A stretch of DNA of 64,000 nt from Gnetum montanum. Lineage: Eukaryota; Plantae; Gnetophyta. The number at the start of each line of letters is the position of its first letter. The first letter of the stretch is position 1. Under the pieces are notes generated by a model. It made no database searches. It was not told the origin of the DNA and was given only the letters and a program-made list of their open reading frames with translations. The position numbers were made by a program, and so were the translations under genes. This document shows positions 1 to 14,041 of the stretch, one piece after another. The stretch covers positions 61,753 to 125,752 of the forward strand of contig MNCI01000472.1 of assembly GCA_015680685.1 (NCBI GenBank), in the 5' to 3' direction.

Positions 1-883
1 AATAGGCCTTCCCTGCAACGTAGCTCACGCTACCAAGAAGAATAGGCTTTCCCCTACAACATTGGCCCTTTCGTAGCCTAAACTCACGTTGGTCCTTTCG
101 TGGCTCGAAACTCACGCTAGCCATTTCATGGCCTAAACCTCACGTTAAGTGTGGGCCTGTTCCCAGCAACTCACATTGGGGCCTATTCCTAGCAACTCAC
201 GTTGCAGGAAATCAAGGCCTATTCTAGCAACCCATGATGCCTATCTCCCGCAAAACTCACATTTCAGACTGAGAACCCTGTAGCTCATGCTGCCCTAGAA
301 ACCTTATCGTGTGCTCACACTACCCTGGGAACTTGTAGCTCATGTTGTCCAGGAACCTAGTAGTCATGTTGTGCATAAGGAAAAATCAACATGGCACAAG
401 ACCTGGCAGTCACGTAGTCACCCACTGCACACAAAAAAAATTGATGCTACCTGCAGCCCAAGAAGGCTGGAAAACCATGTCGCCACTATGAAGCTAGAAA
501 AATTAATGCTACCCAGGAAGCCCTGGCAGTCACACTAAAAACCTTACTCTTCAATGTAGCTTACACTGCCAAAAAGCAAAAAAGATAAGCTTCCCCTACA
601 ACGCAGCTCACACTGACCAAGCAGAAAAATAGAATTCAATGCAACTCATGCTGCCCTAGAAAAGATTCACGCTATCTAGGATATCCCTAGACACTCACAC
701 TCTACAATGCTCTAGTCACTCATGCCCTACAATGCCTTTGATCACTCACGTTGATGCCATGAAAACCCCATAAATGAACCCTACATCCCGAAACAACCCA
801 AAATCGTAGCCACAAAAATTCTACCCTAGGTAAAGCCATTTACAAATGTTGGAAACAAGAAAAACAAGAGGAAACAAATATAC

Positions 884-1017
884 CTGTTCATAGCACCACC
901 CCATGCTGGAATCTTAGCTTGGGGGAGATGCTGGAGTAGCTCTTCACTCTCCTCTATGAACGTTAGATTTTCTTGCTTCTTCCCTTTGCCTCAGCTTGCT
1001 TTCCCTTTGCCCTTCAT
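884..1017 (-). pseudogene. Putative first exon of the antisense cargo gene, copy A
   Basis: 134 nt from ATG (1017) to an AG|GTATAT donor; same length and sequence as 34566-34699 in copy B (MKGKGKAS*GKGKKQENL...). Confidence 0.6.
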
Positions 1018-1670
1018 GGCTGCCCTATAGCTCACGCTGCAACTCACACGGACGCTAACACTATAGCTCATGTTGTAGTCCAAATTTCTAGGAACTCACA
1101 CTAACAAAAATGATGCCCTTTTACTCCAAAAACCCCCTTTTCTAACCCCTAATATTCTCAATTTAATTTAATTTAATTTATTATCTCTTATTTTATTTCC
1201 TATTTTTATTTTAATTTAAATTCACCATGTTTCATTTTGTTTGCATGTTATTGTTTATGTCATCTTTATTTCATGCTTGCCTAGTATTCCTTATTATTCT
1301 AGCCTCTGGAGATGAAGCCCAAAAAAGTTATTAAAATTTATATAAAGAAGGGGAGAAAAGTTCAAAAATAAAAAAAAACAATATACGTATATATAAAAAT
1401 TTCAAAATCCATAATATTTTACAACCTCATAAACTTATTGTTTGCACAAAAATTTAAAAATCAAAAATACCACATACACTCATTCAGAATGACAAGTTAA
1501 CATGAATATTACTAGCCTGGTACAGCCTAAAAATACCATAACAATCGTTATATTCTGCAATTTTGTTAGTACATAAGTTAGTTACCTGATGCCCATTTAC
1601 ATTTAAAAACTCCTTCATCAAGCAAGTGTTACTCATTTTGCTCCTAGTTTAAATTGGCAAGAGCAAGCAC

Positions 1671-4600
1671 ATGGCCACCAAGAATATCCTTTCAACATTG
1701 TCTCTCAGTGGATCATATGGGGAGGTTAAAAGGGTAATCAATCTACAATCCTTGGATCTAGACCCATGCACTTATACTGATTTAATAGCTTCTACTCAAG
1801 AAATATTGGACTAGCCTAAAAATGTGGCCAAGACTTTAGATCTAGAGGCTGATAATATCACTAAAGATCCTCTTGTTGAAGTCCTCATTACTACATCTGA
1901 TGGTGAAACTAGAACACTGAAATTAAGTGCCCTACTAGACTCACAACTTGTCAATGACATCACTCAAGTACTGAAAGACAACATCAAAACATTTTCATGG
2001 TCATATACCAACATGCCAAGATTGGACCCCCAAATCATCCAACACAATATCATCCTTGATGAGAAAGTCAAACTAGTGAAGCAAAAGGCACGAAAGGTTA
2101 GACCCGAGGTAGCGTTGGCAATCTGTGCTGAAACCACAAAGCTCTACCAAGCCGGTTTCATCCATGTTGTTGACTATTCTGACTGGGTATCAAACATTGT
2201 TGTAGTCCCTAAGAAGAATGGTAGTATATGCATTTGCATTGACTTCTGTGATCTCAACATAGCCACTATAAAAGATGACTTCCCGCTACCCAGTATTGAT
2301 CAACTTATTGACACAACTATTGGGCATGCACTATTATCCTTTATGGATGGATTTTTAGGATATAACCAAATAAGAATCAATCCAGAACATCAACTCACGA
2401 CAACCTTTATGACACCTTGGGGCATATTCTATTATACTATGATGTCATTTAGTCTTAAAAACGTAGGCACTACATATCAACAAGCAATGACATATATATT
2501 TAGTGATTACATGTTCAATTTGCTCAATGATTACGTTGATGACATCGCGATTAAATCTAAAGCAACCGAACAACATGCAAAATATCTAGACCTAGTGCTT
2601 AAACATTGTCTCAAATATGACCTTAGGCTCAACCCAAAGAAGTGTGTCTTTGGTGTTAAAATGGGCAAAATGCTTGGCTTCGTAGTCTCTGGAACAGGGA
2701 TACGGGTAGACCCTGATAAGGTTAAGGCAATAACTAACATGCAACTACCAAAAAACCTTACTAAACTACGTGGTCTCCAAGGTAGATTGCAATTCATTAG
2801 ATGCTTTATCGAAAGGCTGACAGATAAGTTGAGACCCATGCAACACCTATTACGAAAGAATGTGCATTTCCAATGGACTCAACAATGTTAGGAAGCGTTC
2901 GAGAACATAAAACAAGAGCTAGATCAACTGCCAACCATTTACCCCCCACATACCGATAAACCCATCTACATCTACCTTGCAACTTCTAATTCTTCCATTG
3001 CATCTATGCTTTGTCAAAAACGTCAACATGGAGTTGAGATCCCTATATATTACCTGAGCCATGCTTTGATTGCCTATGAACAATGATACAATGACATAGA
3101 GAAATCATGCCTTGCCCTTGTCTTCTCCTTGAAAAAATGGGGGCATTATCTCTTTTATAATCAAGTCTACATCATTTTCAAGGATAATGTACTTCATGCC
3201 ATCACTAACAACATCTATGAGTCGAGTAGGATAGCTAGGTGGAAAGTAATGATCACAGAGTTTGACCTACACTATGTTGCTCAATCTTCCACAAAAGGTC
3301 AAGCAATAGTCACGCAATTAACTGTCTCACCAACGCATGATCAAGCAATGATAAACCCTGAACTCCCAGATGAGAATGTTAATAGTATAGACATCATACC
3401 CGATAATTATGAAGCAATCCTCTATTTTGATGGAGCCTCAACTTCCTGAGGAGGAAGTGCTACGGCCATTTTAACATACCCCTCTTGATAAATCCAACCC
3501 TTCGTCTACCGATTAATCTTTCCTTGTACCAATAACATGGCAAAATACGAAGGTCTTCTCAGAGGTCTTCAAGCAGCATTGACTTTAGGAATCACACGTC
3601 TTGTAGTTTGAGGTGATTCACAGTTAGTCATTAATCAAGTCATTGAGGTTTATGCATGAAAAGCTCTCCATTTGCAATCTTAGTGTGATTTGACCAAACA
3701 TCTGCTAAGGTGACTAGTAGAAGTGGATATACATCATGTCCCTAGGAGCAAAAACACCATTGCCAATGCACTTGCTACACTAGCCTTAACCATGACACCC
3801 GAAATGTTCCATGCATTGCCTAGCTCTATAACAAGTTTTCTCGAACCTATAATTAACACTTTCAATGAAGTACCTATAGCATCTATTAGCACAACACATG
3901 CAATAGAATGGTATGATGACATAAAAGAGTCCTTCTGCAAGGCGAACCTCCACAACATTTGACAAATGCTCAAAAGGAAGCTGTGCGAAAATTCTCTCTA
4001 TAGTATATATTAATAGGGGACACCTTATGTCACAAATCCTATGAAGTTATCCTACTGATGTGCATCAATAGTATTAATAATCAAAAAATTGTAGAACAAG
4101 TCCACGAAGGACTTTGTGGAGGGCACATAGCACCTAAAGCAATGGTAACAAAGATTAGGTGCTTAGGCTACTACTAGCCACACATGGAGTACGATTGCAT
4201 CTCCAAGGTCAGAACATGTAACATTTGCCAAAGGCATAGTTATTTAATACATGTGCTACCTAACGAATTGCATACAACACAAATCACATGGCCATTCCAA
4301 AAATGGTGATTAGACTTAATTGGAACGATAACACGATCATCCTCTACGGGACATAGCTTCATTATCACAGCAATTGAATACTTCACAAAATGGGCAGAAG
4401 CTATTTCCCTTAGGAAGACCACTTCAAAATATATTTGCACTTTCATAATAGAAAATATCGTGACCCATTTTGGTATTCTGATGGCCATCGTTACTGACAA
4501 TGGGCCACAATTCAGCAGTGCAGACACTAAAAGATTCTGTGAAAGCCTAAGTATCAAACATGCATTCTTATCACCTTACTACCCACAGAGCAATGGTCAA

Positions 4601-5156
4601 GCAGAGGCTACAAACAAAACTGTCATCATGGTGCTCAAAAAGATGTTAAATCAAAGCAAGAAACGATGGTACGAACAATTAGTCTATACATTATGGGCAT
4701 ACAGAACGACACATCGAACATCTACAGGTAAAACTCCATATAGTCTTATCTATAGATCTAAAGTTGTTTTACCTTTAGAGTTATAGGTTCCCTGGTTACG
4801 GATAGCTCTCTCGAGCCTCCTCGATGAAAGTCAAAACAATGAACTACGCATTGCTGACCTTAACTCGGTGGAGGAAGAACTTGTGCAAATGCTTGATCAG
4901 ATCGAGTGGTACCAGAAACAACAGCAGCAATGACACAAACATGATCTGCACAAATGCCCTATTAAGGAAGGAGACCTAGTTCTTAAAGCCATCCATGAAC
5001 ACCTAGATAAGTTCTCAGCTAACTGGGAAGGGCCTTACTTAGTCACCAAGGCATACAATAATGGAGCATTCAAACTTGTTGACATGGATGGGAACGAGTT
5101 TACTAATCCCACAAATCATCTGTACCTAAAATGGTACTATGTCTTATCAAACTAAG
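1671..5156 (+). pseudogene. Degenerate RT-RNaseH-archaeal-type RNaseH-integrase (pol), copy A
   Basis: RT motifs ICIDFCDLN, DDFPLP, LSFMDGFLGYNQI, YVDD; aRH ILYFDGAS; integrase IVTDNGPQF, SPYYPQSNGQAE, LWAYRTT; stops and frameshifts present. Confidence 0.95.
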
Positions 5157-5162
5157 GTACAT

Positions 5163-5504
5163 AACAGTCCTGGAATTACAACTTAAAACTAATACCACAG
5201 AACAATCCTAGCATTACGACTTAAAATTGATACCACAAAACAGTCCTGACATTATGACTTAAAATTAATATCACAGAACAGTCCTGGCATTATGACTTAA
5301 AACTAATACCATAGAACAATCCTGGCATTATGAATTAAAACTGATACCATAGAACAGTCTTGACATTACAACTTAAAACTGATACCATAGAACAGTCATG
5401 GCATTACAACTTAAAATTGATACCACAAAACGATCCTAGCATCATGACTTAAAACTAATACCACAGAATGGTCTTGAGGCTATGACTTGAAACTAGCACC
5501 ACAG
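5163..5504 (+). repeat. 38-bp tandem repeat, ~9 units, downstream of integrase
   Basis: Unit AACAGTCCTGGCATTATGACTTAAAACTAATACCATAG; more degenerate relatives continue to ~5760. Confidence 0.9.
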
Positions 5505-6948
5505 AATGTCCTGGAGTCATAAGAATAAAATGACACCATAAATCTCTATCCAATATGACACTAAACTGCCACATCTATCCGCCATGATGTGAAACTAGCA
5601 TCCAGAGTCCACTAAGACTATAAAATGGTTTGCCTCTTCACAGTCCACTACGACTATAAACTAGCAATGCATCATCTGCTACAACACTAAACTACTTCCA
5701 TCCAAAGGGTTATGACATGAAACTAACCCACAACAGTCCACTAAGACTATAAACTGGTGACATCATCAACAACCAAGCAATACTTGAAAAGATATGTTGC
5801 TGCAATTGGCTATGCATGTTCCACAAAGACTTGTTGCATAATTTATCTCATGGACCCTAATGAAGCAGATGTTGTTCATGATTCTATCTACTTTTAAATT
5901 GCATGTGGTGGCTCCATCCCCTTCTTTAAAGTGCTTAGTTAACAGATTCATTTGCATTTTTCTTGTCTTCTTAGAGTTGTGTTTGCAGGATGACACGCCT
6001 GAGGTGTTCGTGCATAGATGCACTTCATCATGATGACAAGGTATTACATTTCTCCTGATGCACATAATTGGGTTAATCAATCCTTTCATAAGTACATTCC
6101 CCACTCCTGGTACATTCTCTATTCCCCATCATGTTACCCTTATCCCATTCAATTATACCCCCTTGATACATTCTATTCACTCCAAAGCTCTTGATACACT
6201 GTTGCACACTGCGACTCTGTAAGTAGTTGCAATGCAAAACACATGCACAATACATGATACAAACGCAAACGCATGAGCACGAGTATTGCACTAAAAGAAA
6301 GCTCTTTCAAAAAGACCAAAGAGAACAAGGAAACAAAAAACCCAAACAGAAAACAAAAAACAAAAAATAAAAGAAAAGAAGAAACAAACAAAAAGAAAAA
6401 GAACGAAAAAGGTCAAAGAGAAAAATACACAAAAAAGGTCTTCATGACCCCGTTGACATCATAACACAAAGACTATTGGCTATTCTCATACAAGCCCTAG
6501 GTGAGAAGGCAATTGTCTTAGAAAATAATTACACTCGTGTCTCAAAGAGATCATGTTGGACATCATCGCGTGGCTTTGGCTATTTACAATGGGCCTCGTA
6601 AACACTCTATAAGAGTCCTGTTTCTTCAAAGAACGCACCTCCTATATCTTGGCTCTAAGTCTACTAAAAACTGACTATTGACAAGGACCAAAGATATAGC
6701 TTGTTCACATGAGAGCATTCCTATCTCACAATTCCAATAATAATTATATCCCTTGATCAACTCTTGATTTCCCTAGTTACAACCAATCCTGTTGCATCTT
6801 GAACTGCACTTCCCCAACCCCATGTACTTTTGAACATGGTGTGATGACGTCCAGCCAAGGGTCGATGGTTAATGCTTGGTACTTGGTTGTTCATGGTGTT
6901 TTGCACTTCTTTGTCAATGCCTCTTAGGTGAATTCCTCCAGACGTCAA

Positions 6949-6962
6949 CAAAGAGGGGCCAA
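6949..6962 (+). other. Polypurine tract, copy A
   Basis: CAAAGAGGGGCCAA immediately before the TG LTR start; near-identical tract at 40441-40454. Confidence 0.85.
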
Positions 6963-8695
6963 TGAAACACCACTAATTTTGGCCTAACACTTTGAAACAA
7001 GAACAACCCAGAGCCCTTTCATCTTTTGGTAAGCAAAATTTGACTAGGGCATGGAACTCACACCTAGTTGGCTCAAGCTAGGTTGCTCATGTTTAGCTTG
7101 TCAAGATCGTTTACCCTCAGCATGAGTAATTCCAACAGCTTAAAAATCAAGTCAAAATGATCCAAATCTGAGGGTATAAGCCATCCTTGAGAGTCACTAT
7201 TGTTCACTCAAAGTTTCAGCATTTAGGGATTCAAATTTTAGTGTCAAAAGGTGCAAATTTTCTCACTCACGTTGTCACTCACGCTGAGGGCACACTGACA
7301 GCATGAGAAACTTTTAGAGTCTAAAACTAAGTTGAAACGATTTGATTTCCATTTCCAAGTCATCCTTGGAGTTCATCATTGACAAAATTCAAGTTCCAAC
7401 CTCCAAATTCTAGATTTTAGTCTAAAATTGTAAGTTTTTGCAACTCACGCTGTGGCCACGTTGCACTCATGCTGGCAGCATGAGTCTAGCATGAGCTACC
7501 CAAAATGGTCTAAAAAAAGCCACATCAGGCTCAATTTTTGACTTGCAGATCATTCCTAAGGTCAACCACACAGTAGATAGCAATTGCACTCAAGAACTAG
7601 GCTTCAAAAATCAAAATTTGGTGGAAAACCTATCATTTTAGTTCACTCACGCTGAGGTCATGCTGAGGTCACACTGGCAGCATGAGTGCAGCATGAGTGT
7701 AGCATGAGTGCAGTGTGAGCATGCTGAGGACATGCCAAGGTAAAATCAACTCACACTGGAAGTCCTGGTCAAGCAAAGACATCTCAAATAGCCACAAAGC
7801 CACCTAGGTCAACATCCTACAGTAGTCAATTTAGAGATTGAGAAGTTTCAAGTAACCTGGAGTCAATTTCTCTTGTTGTACATTATCATTTCATTGTAAA
7901 TTTTCATCATTTGTGATCTTTCCAAGCTCTTACACTCCAAATTGTATGTGCTTCCATGAGCGTAAGCTAGCTTGAGTAAGCAAACACACGTTGTAAGATA
8001 CAATGCACCTAGTCAAAAATGTAGCTTGCCCACACACATCCAACTCACATACAACTATCCATTAGACATGTGTCACTTGATCCATTTTCCTCTCCTCTTT
8101 CAGCCATTGATTCCATCCATCAATTCTGTACCCGAGCCCAGCCAAACCCTATAAATACCCTATCAATTCACATAAATAGGGTTGGCAATTTTGAAGGTTG
8201 ATGGCTTAGGAAACTCATACCAGTAATCCTTGGGCGCTCAGACACACTTGACTCCTAGCATGCTAGCACTTCTAGAACACATCACCCTGGGGCTTGGCAC
8301 TTGACTTGTCATCTACACGTGCAACTACGCTTTGACCAGTGCACATATTTTCTAAGCAATACAATACAATTCATTTTGCTAGCCATTATATTGTTTACTC
8401 TATTTTAAATCTAGTTTATACTTTGTTTCACAATACTAGTTTTGTATACATTCTGTTTGCATTTCGTGCATACTATTTACATTTCGAACTTCGGTTATGA
8501 TAACCCCAACGTGAGCTATAGTTTACACTCAGGGAAGACCTTGGTTGATTTGCATGAAAATCATCCAAGGCACTCTACCTTCATTTCATTTTCTAGCTTG
8601 CCCTCACGCGAAGGTAGGGTCAGCTGTGCCTATCCGACGATCTCTCGGTGTTTGTTTTTCCTTCCAGCCTTACATTGACAATTTAGGTCAATACA
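6963..8695 (+). repeat. 3' LTR of copy A (~1.73 kb)
   Basis: TGAAACACC...TCAATACA; homologous to 23100-24846 and 40455-42174; TATAAATA at ~8150. Confidence 0.93.
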
Positions 8696-9399
8696 ACCTT
8701 CCCTTTAAAATTTGATCAAGGTACAATTTTTCATCCTTACAAATAGTTGGATTCTATGTAACAACATCAGTTCTCGAGCATGGCTTTCTAATCCATTACA
8801 CTACTTCCAACCTCATCCAAACATGTTTCTTGGAACCTTACTAAAGAGCTTACCATTACTTGTGAGCCTCTTCATTAAGTTAGTTTCCCAAGCATGAATT
8901 GACACACCGTAAGCACCTCTATATCCCTAGATTATGGTTGATGTAGTTGTTGAAGCATAGTTTTAACTCCCTATTTAGAAGGTTAAAGCAAATTACTATT
9001 TACTTTCACGAAAAACAAAATAAATAATCCATCCACTAACGTAACAGAGACACAAACAATAGGATAAAGCCCACCTTGCTCATATATCTAGAACTAGGGA
9101 AGATCATTTCCTTGTGCTCTCACCTACGTACAAGCTTTATATATGATATGATGATATGAGCCTTTTAGTGCATATCCTTAGGGGTAGGGAAATTAGTCCA
9201 TGGGATTGGCCAACACCTCTAGAGATGGTTGCACTAGGCTATTCCAAGCCACATCCACATAATTAAATAACTTTAGGAATTCATGAATATTTACTAAAAT
9301 CTAGAACATTTTTTGATCTTCAAAATAAGGAAAATCAACACATAAATGTCACGTTTCTAGCCATGGAATTAGAGGGGGGAAGGGGTGAGTCATTCAAAT

Positions 9400-10462
9400 C
9401 AAATTAATATCAGCTACACTTAACTATGGATCATGTAAGGAAAACTTTCTTCATCAAATGTTATTCCCTCAAGCTGATGAAGGGATTTAGCTCATGATGG
9501 TTATGTGGAAGGAGTTTCATCTAACTTTTGACTCTCAAAGGTTTTTCCTTGTAGCCTTTCTTGTTCCTCATAGTTTTCCTTGTTGCCTTAGTCATAAAGT
9601 TTCATTATGTAGGAACTTGCTTACTTACCTACTCACTTTCTTATTTCATTTTCAAGTTTGTTATAGTAAATCCACAATGCAATTTGACTTTATGGTGTAG
9701 TTTCTAAATTGATTTCCCCTATTTTTGAATAATGGATTAGTATAATGGCTATGATATACTTAATTTGTTGTCCATTTAATGGATAAATGGAAAAATGGTG
9801 TCAAGGCTAAGAAGCTTTGTTTCCTAATAAGTCAATTACTAGTAAGGTCCTAAGGGCTAGAATTTCTCCATGTGGAACATGACACCAGCTCTTTCCTCTA
9901 GGACAACTATTTGAGGTACTTTCTTTCATTGGTCAAGCTCATGCCTTGTCTCCATAGTAGCATCCCTTCTAACCTAAGCTTCTGTTGGTTGGTATGGCCT
10001 AGTCATATGCTTTGTGATGTAGTACCCTTCTTATATGTGACTAAGGTTTAACCTTATGAGGGTTGCTTGCAACATTGATGGTGTAGAACATTTTGGAGGT
10101 AACACAATGTTGTCCTGTGAATCTTTCCACCTTAGTTATTCATCCTGGTAAAAGACAAATGTGAAGTCAGGATAATATGGATAAGTGTGATCATAGGAGA
10201 TTCATGTTTGCATGGGTGCACTCTAGTCTTCTTCATTATAATTCCATGTCATAACTCTTATTAAATTCATTAGCAAGTGATGATTTCTCCTTATGTGTAG
10301 AAGCCATATTAAATGTTTAATGCCTTAAGTTTGTACTTTGGAAAAATTGATTTAAGTATGAAGGATTTTCATGATGATCCTGAACACAACAGACTTTGTA
10401 AAATCAACTACCTAGTGAACATTGAAACATCCCTGACAATAGTGCCAATGATGAGTGGTTGG
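9400..10462 (-). mobile_element. Degraded internal (gag-region) fragment of an Athila-like element, inverted
   Basis: Reverse complement of ~10030-10240 aligns by eye to ~11495-11690 (e.g. CCAGGATG...AACATTGT...CCAAAATGTTC). Confidence 0.6.
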
Positions 10463-11293
10463 TGATAAAATGCATTTTACGTAGGCTATGAAATCAAGCA
10501 TATGATATTAGAGCTGCAATATCGCATATCTAATATCGGAACCCTAGCTACGACATCAAACATCTGATATCATGGGACACGTGCCTACCTATAAATATGA
10601 CATTTAGTCGCATGGTCCAACACACAATTCAGTCAACTTGTATTGAAACTTCTACGGTTTAATTTCATAGCTTAGTGATAGAGTGAATGCCTATAGTCTG
10701 GTGTTGAGTGGTTTTTCAGAATCTTTATTTAAGTGAAGTGTACTTAGGCATAGTTCATGATGAAAATAAAGATCGAGATTTTTTTTCATCATTGCAGCAT
10801 TCACTTAGCTTTACTATTTTCTTAGCTTAACTATTATATTTATAATACTTTACTTTCTTTGTTCCTTAGTAAAGTGGAATGAGTATGATTGATTTCAAAT
10901 GTTAAGTGTAATCATTTGGTAACCCAATAGTGGTTTCACTTGGTTCGCTCAATAGTGAACTCACTTGGTAATCCTAGTAATAGTTACATGAGCCCAAGGC
11001 ATGTATGATGATCCAAGAACAAATACTCATCACACTAGTGTAATCTTAGAATTATTTCCACATTTCACCATCATAGATAGAAGACATTGCCAACAAAACA
11101 TTAGTGATCATATAACTCAAAATGAGTTAAACCATACACCTAGATTTTACAAGCTCACATGGGAAGACAACAATCTTGAACTTTAATCAATTACTAGCAT
11201 AATCACATTGCCTCATCCATGGATTATGATCAACTTATGCATGAATACTCATAACTTATATGGTTGGGTGTTGGATTACTCTATTACTCATAA
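10463..11293 (+). repeat. 5' LTR of element C
   Basis: TG start, GATATC-type motifs then TATAAATA, ends CTCATAA before the PBS-like site. Confidence 0.8.
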
Positions 11294-14041
11294 TTAGCAT
11301 CATTTTTGTAGACATGTCAATGTATGCTAAGTAATTGATTACACAAAGCTTGTTGTACTTGAAACACAAAGTTAAAATTTATAACTCTAACTAAGCAAAC
11401 TTAAAACAAATGTCTTAAACCATGACATGACTTCAAGCAAGGATACATTATCACTTGCCAAGGAACTACAAATAAGTAGTGATAGAATCAAAGAGGAAGA
11501 AGCCTAGACTATGCTAATGTAGACAAGGATCTCATATGCTCATCACAATCCTTACTATCTTGATTTCCCCTTCATCTTCCATCAGGATGGCCAATTAAAG
11601 TGGAGAGATCTTCAAGAAAACATTGTTCTAACACCAAAATGTTCAACACCCATCATGCTCCAAACTACTCTCAAGGGAATGAAACTAAGTGAGGCACTTG
11701 GAAGGTATAATATGACCAAACACATGACTAGACCCAATGAATCCACTAATGAGCAATTAAGAAAAGACAATGCCATGGAAACCAAAAATGATCAAAATAA
11801 AGAAAAGATAACTAACTCTACTATTATCTTGGAGGAGCTTGATGGAGATACCTTTATTATTGAACAACTCCACTGAAATCATGAGTTTCAGTCACAAGCA
11901 TCTACCATTCAACTAGAGGAACCTATTAGGAATAAATCACACTATGACTTAGTAGAGATAGGTAGGAGGGACAAAAAATACTCAAGGCTAAGATTTCTTG
12001 CTAGATCTCATAAAGAAGAAGATTAGAGTCATCATAAGAGGACAAGTTAGCACTATTTTCCTACTACCTCATCTATATTTTCATGATCATTAGAAGACTT
12101 TCACAGAAGGAGGAAAAGGTACAAATATCATGATAGGGAAAAGAGGAGAACTCATGACCACCATGACCATCATTATTGTTACTTAAGACATTCTGATTCA
12201 GAAGATGAAAGGATCAAAGAGATCATGAAAGGGATGAACATAAAAGGAGGCACTACTACAACTAGTGCACAAACATAATCAAGATGATGAACAAACATAA
12301 CAAGTCCTCTTATCAAAAACAAGTTTCCCACAAAAAATTAAGACTTCATCGAGACCAACTTCTCCCACAACAAATCCTCTTATCAAAAACAAGTTTCCAT
12401 CATTGTCAAACACAAACATGCAAACTATCATGCTTACCAAAATAGTCATAAATTAGATATAGGCAGGGCCACTCCCTAAGAAAAGAATTGATCCAAGAGT
12501 TCCATTGATTTATCTATGAGTAGCTAGAAATTTTCCATGAAAAGCTCTATTAGACCTAGGTTTTAGGGTAAATTTGATCTCTTACAAAACATATCAAGCA
12601 TAGAACTTACCACCCTTAAAGGAGTGCAACATCTGGTTAGAGCTTGTAGATCAATCTATAATCATTCCTTTAGGATAGGTTGATGATGTAGTGACCACTA
12701 TCAATGGCTAATCTTATCCAGTAGACTTTCCTGTGATTGATGTAAAAAATGATGATAAGGAATTTCCAACTATCAAGGGAAGGACATGGCTTAGCATAGT
12801 TGATGCTAAACTAAGTCTGAGAGATTTATCTATTTAAATCTTTAAGGAAGACATGCACAGAGCCATACATACAAAGTAGATTCCATGAATTACTACTGAT
12901 AAACAAGAGTGCCATTGTGGACCAAGCTTCTAGAATGTCAATACAGTTATCATACCAATCCACAAAAACAATGAAAAACAAAAGTGTGCACAAGAAAGAG
13001 TGGCCACTAACCCAAAAGACACCTCGTGGCCAAAAATTGAGAACATTAAATTATCCAAAATATGCATGGAACAATCTAATTTAATTATTAATTCCCATTC
13101 TAAGAAAATAACTCCAACTAAGGACCAAAAAAAAATATTAAACTATGATCATACACCAATAGGAAAAGAAAACAAGGACTTAGGTGATTAAGATTCCATT
13201 ACCATCAAGATTACATGGTACAATAATCAAAATGTTAAATCACTAAATATGGTAAGTGATTTGCATGATCCAGGAGATTCTAGGGAGCATTTTTTGAATA
13301 CTTGCCCATGAGTTCAATTGTGGGGGTGTCAATCTAGAACTGTATGTACTTCACTAAATTTTTATTTTCTTTTAATTTTACACATTCTTTAATACCTTTT
13401 CATTCTTTTATACTTTTTTCACTTATTCAATTTTTGATATTCTTTCACATTTTTCACTTCTTTAATGATTTTTCATTCTTTGACATCTTTCATTCTTTAC
13501 ATATATTCCCAATTCTTATTATCTTTTTCATACTTTTTTTTCATTTCCTTTGTAAATAATTTTGATCATTAATAAAACACACTATGAATAAGGCAAGATG
13601 TAGTCCAATAAAGTGAATATTTCTCTATGTTATCAAGTCATAAAGGGTTGATTATTTGAATAGTGAACCCACACCATCCATCCCATTAATAAGAGGTTCT
13701 TACCATGGCCATAAAGATATTCTTCTCACCACACAACTATGAATAAACTTGTGATCATTATGCTTGGACCGAAAAGTGAAGAACCAAGTGGCCATGTAAA
13801 GGGTGTTACATCAAGGGGATTTGTGGACTCTCTTGGATTACTTCTATTAAGTTTTATCATGTTCTCTAGCTTGTATTATATCCTTGTAGATCTAATGAAA
13901 ATTGGGATTAAGAGTATCAAAAGTGTTACCTTACCATGTCATTAGAAAGACATGTTACCCATGCCTGAAAGTAGTCCTTTGGTAAGGTTGACATAGATAA
14001 AAAATAAAAGAGCATAGAATAAATTTCTGTGGGTTTCATTG

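Larger units (their letters stand above)
1..8695 (+). mobile_element. Ty3/gypsy Tat/Ogre-type LTR retrotransposon, copy A (5' part lies outside the window)
   Basis: Colinear with ~34100-42174 of copy B: spacer, RT-RH-aRH-INT, tandem repeats, PPT, then an LTR ending TCAATACA at 8695. Confidence 0.93.

Noticed and set aside
2531-2839. Minus-strand ORFs over RT/INT (also 4240-4557, 36192-36500, 37843-38172)
   Set aside because: Antisense shadows of the pol frame
5163-5504. CRISPR-like regular 38-bp periodicity
   Set aside because: Units are contiguous with no unique spacers, there are no cas genes, and the context is a eukaryotic retroelement
6173-6464. Lys-rich and Phe-rich ORFs (also 13344-13559, 39694-39996)
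   Set aside because: Low-complexity A/T tracts
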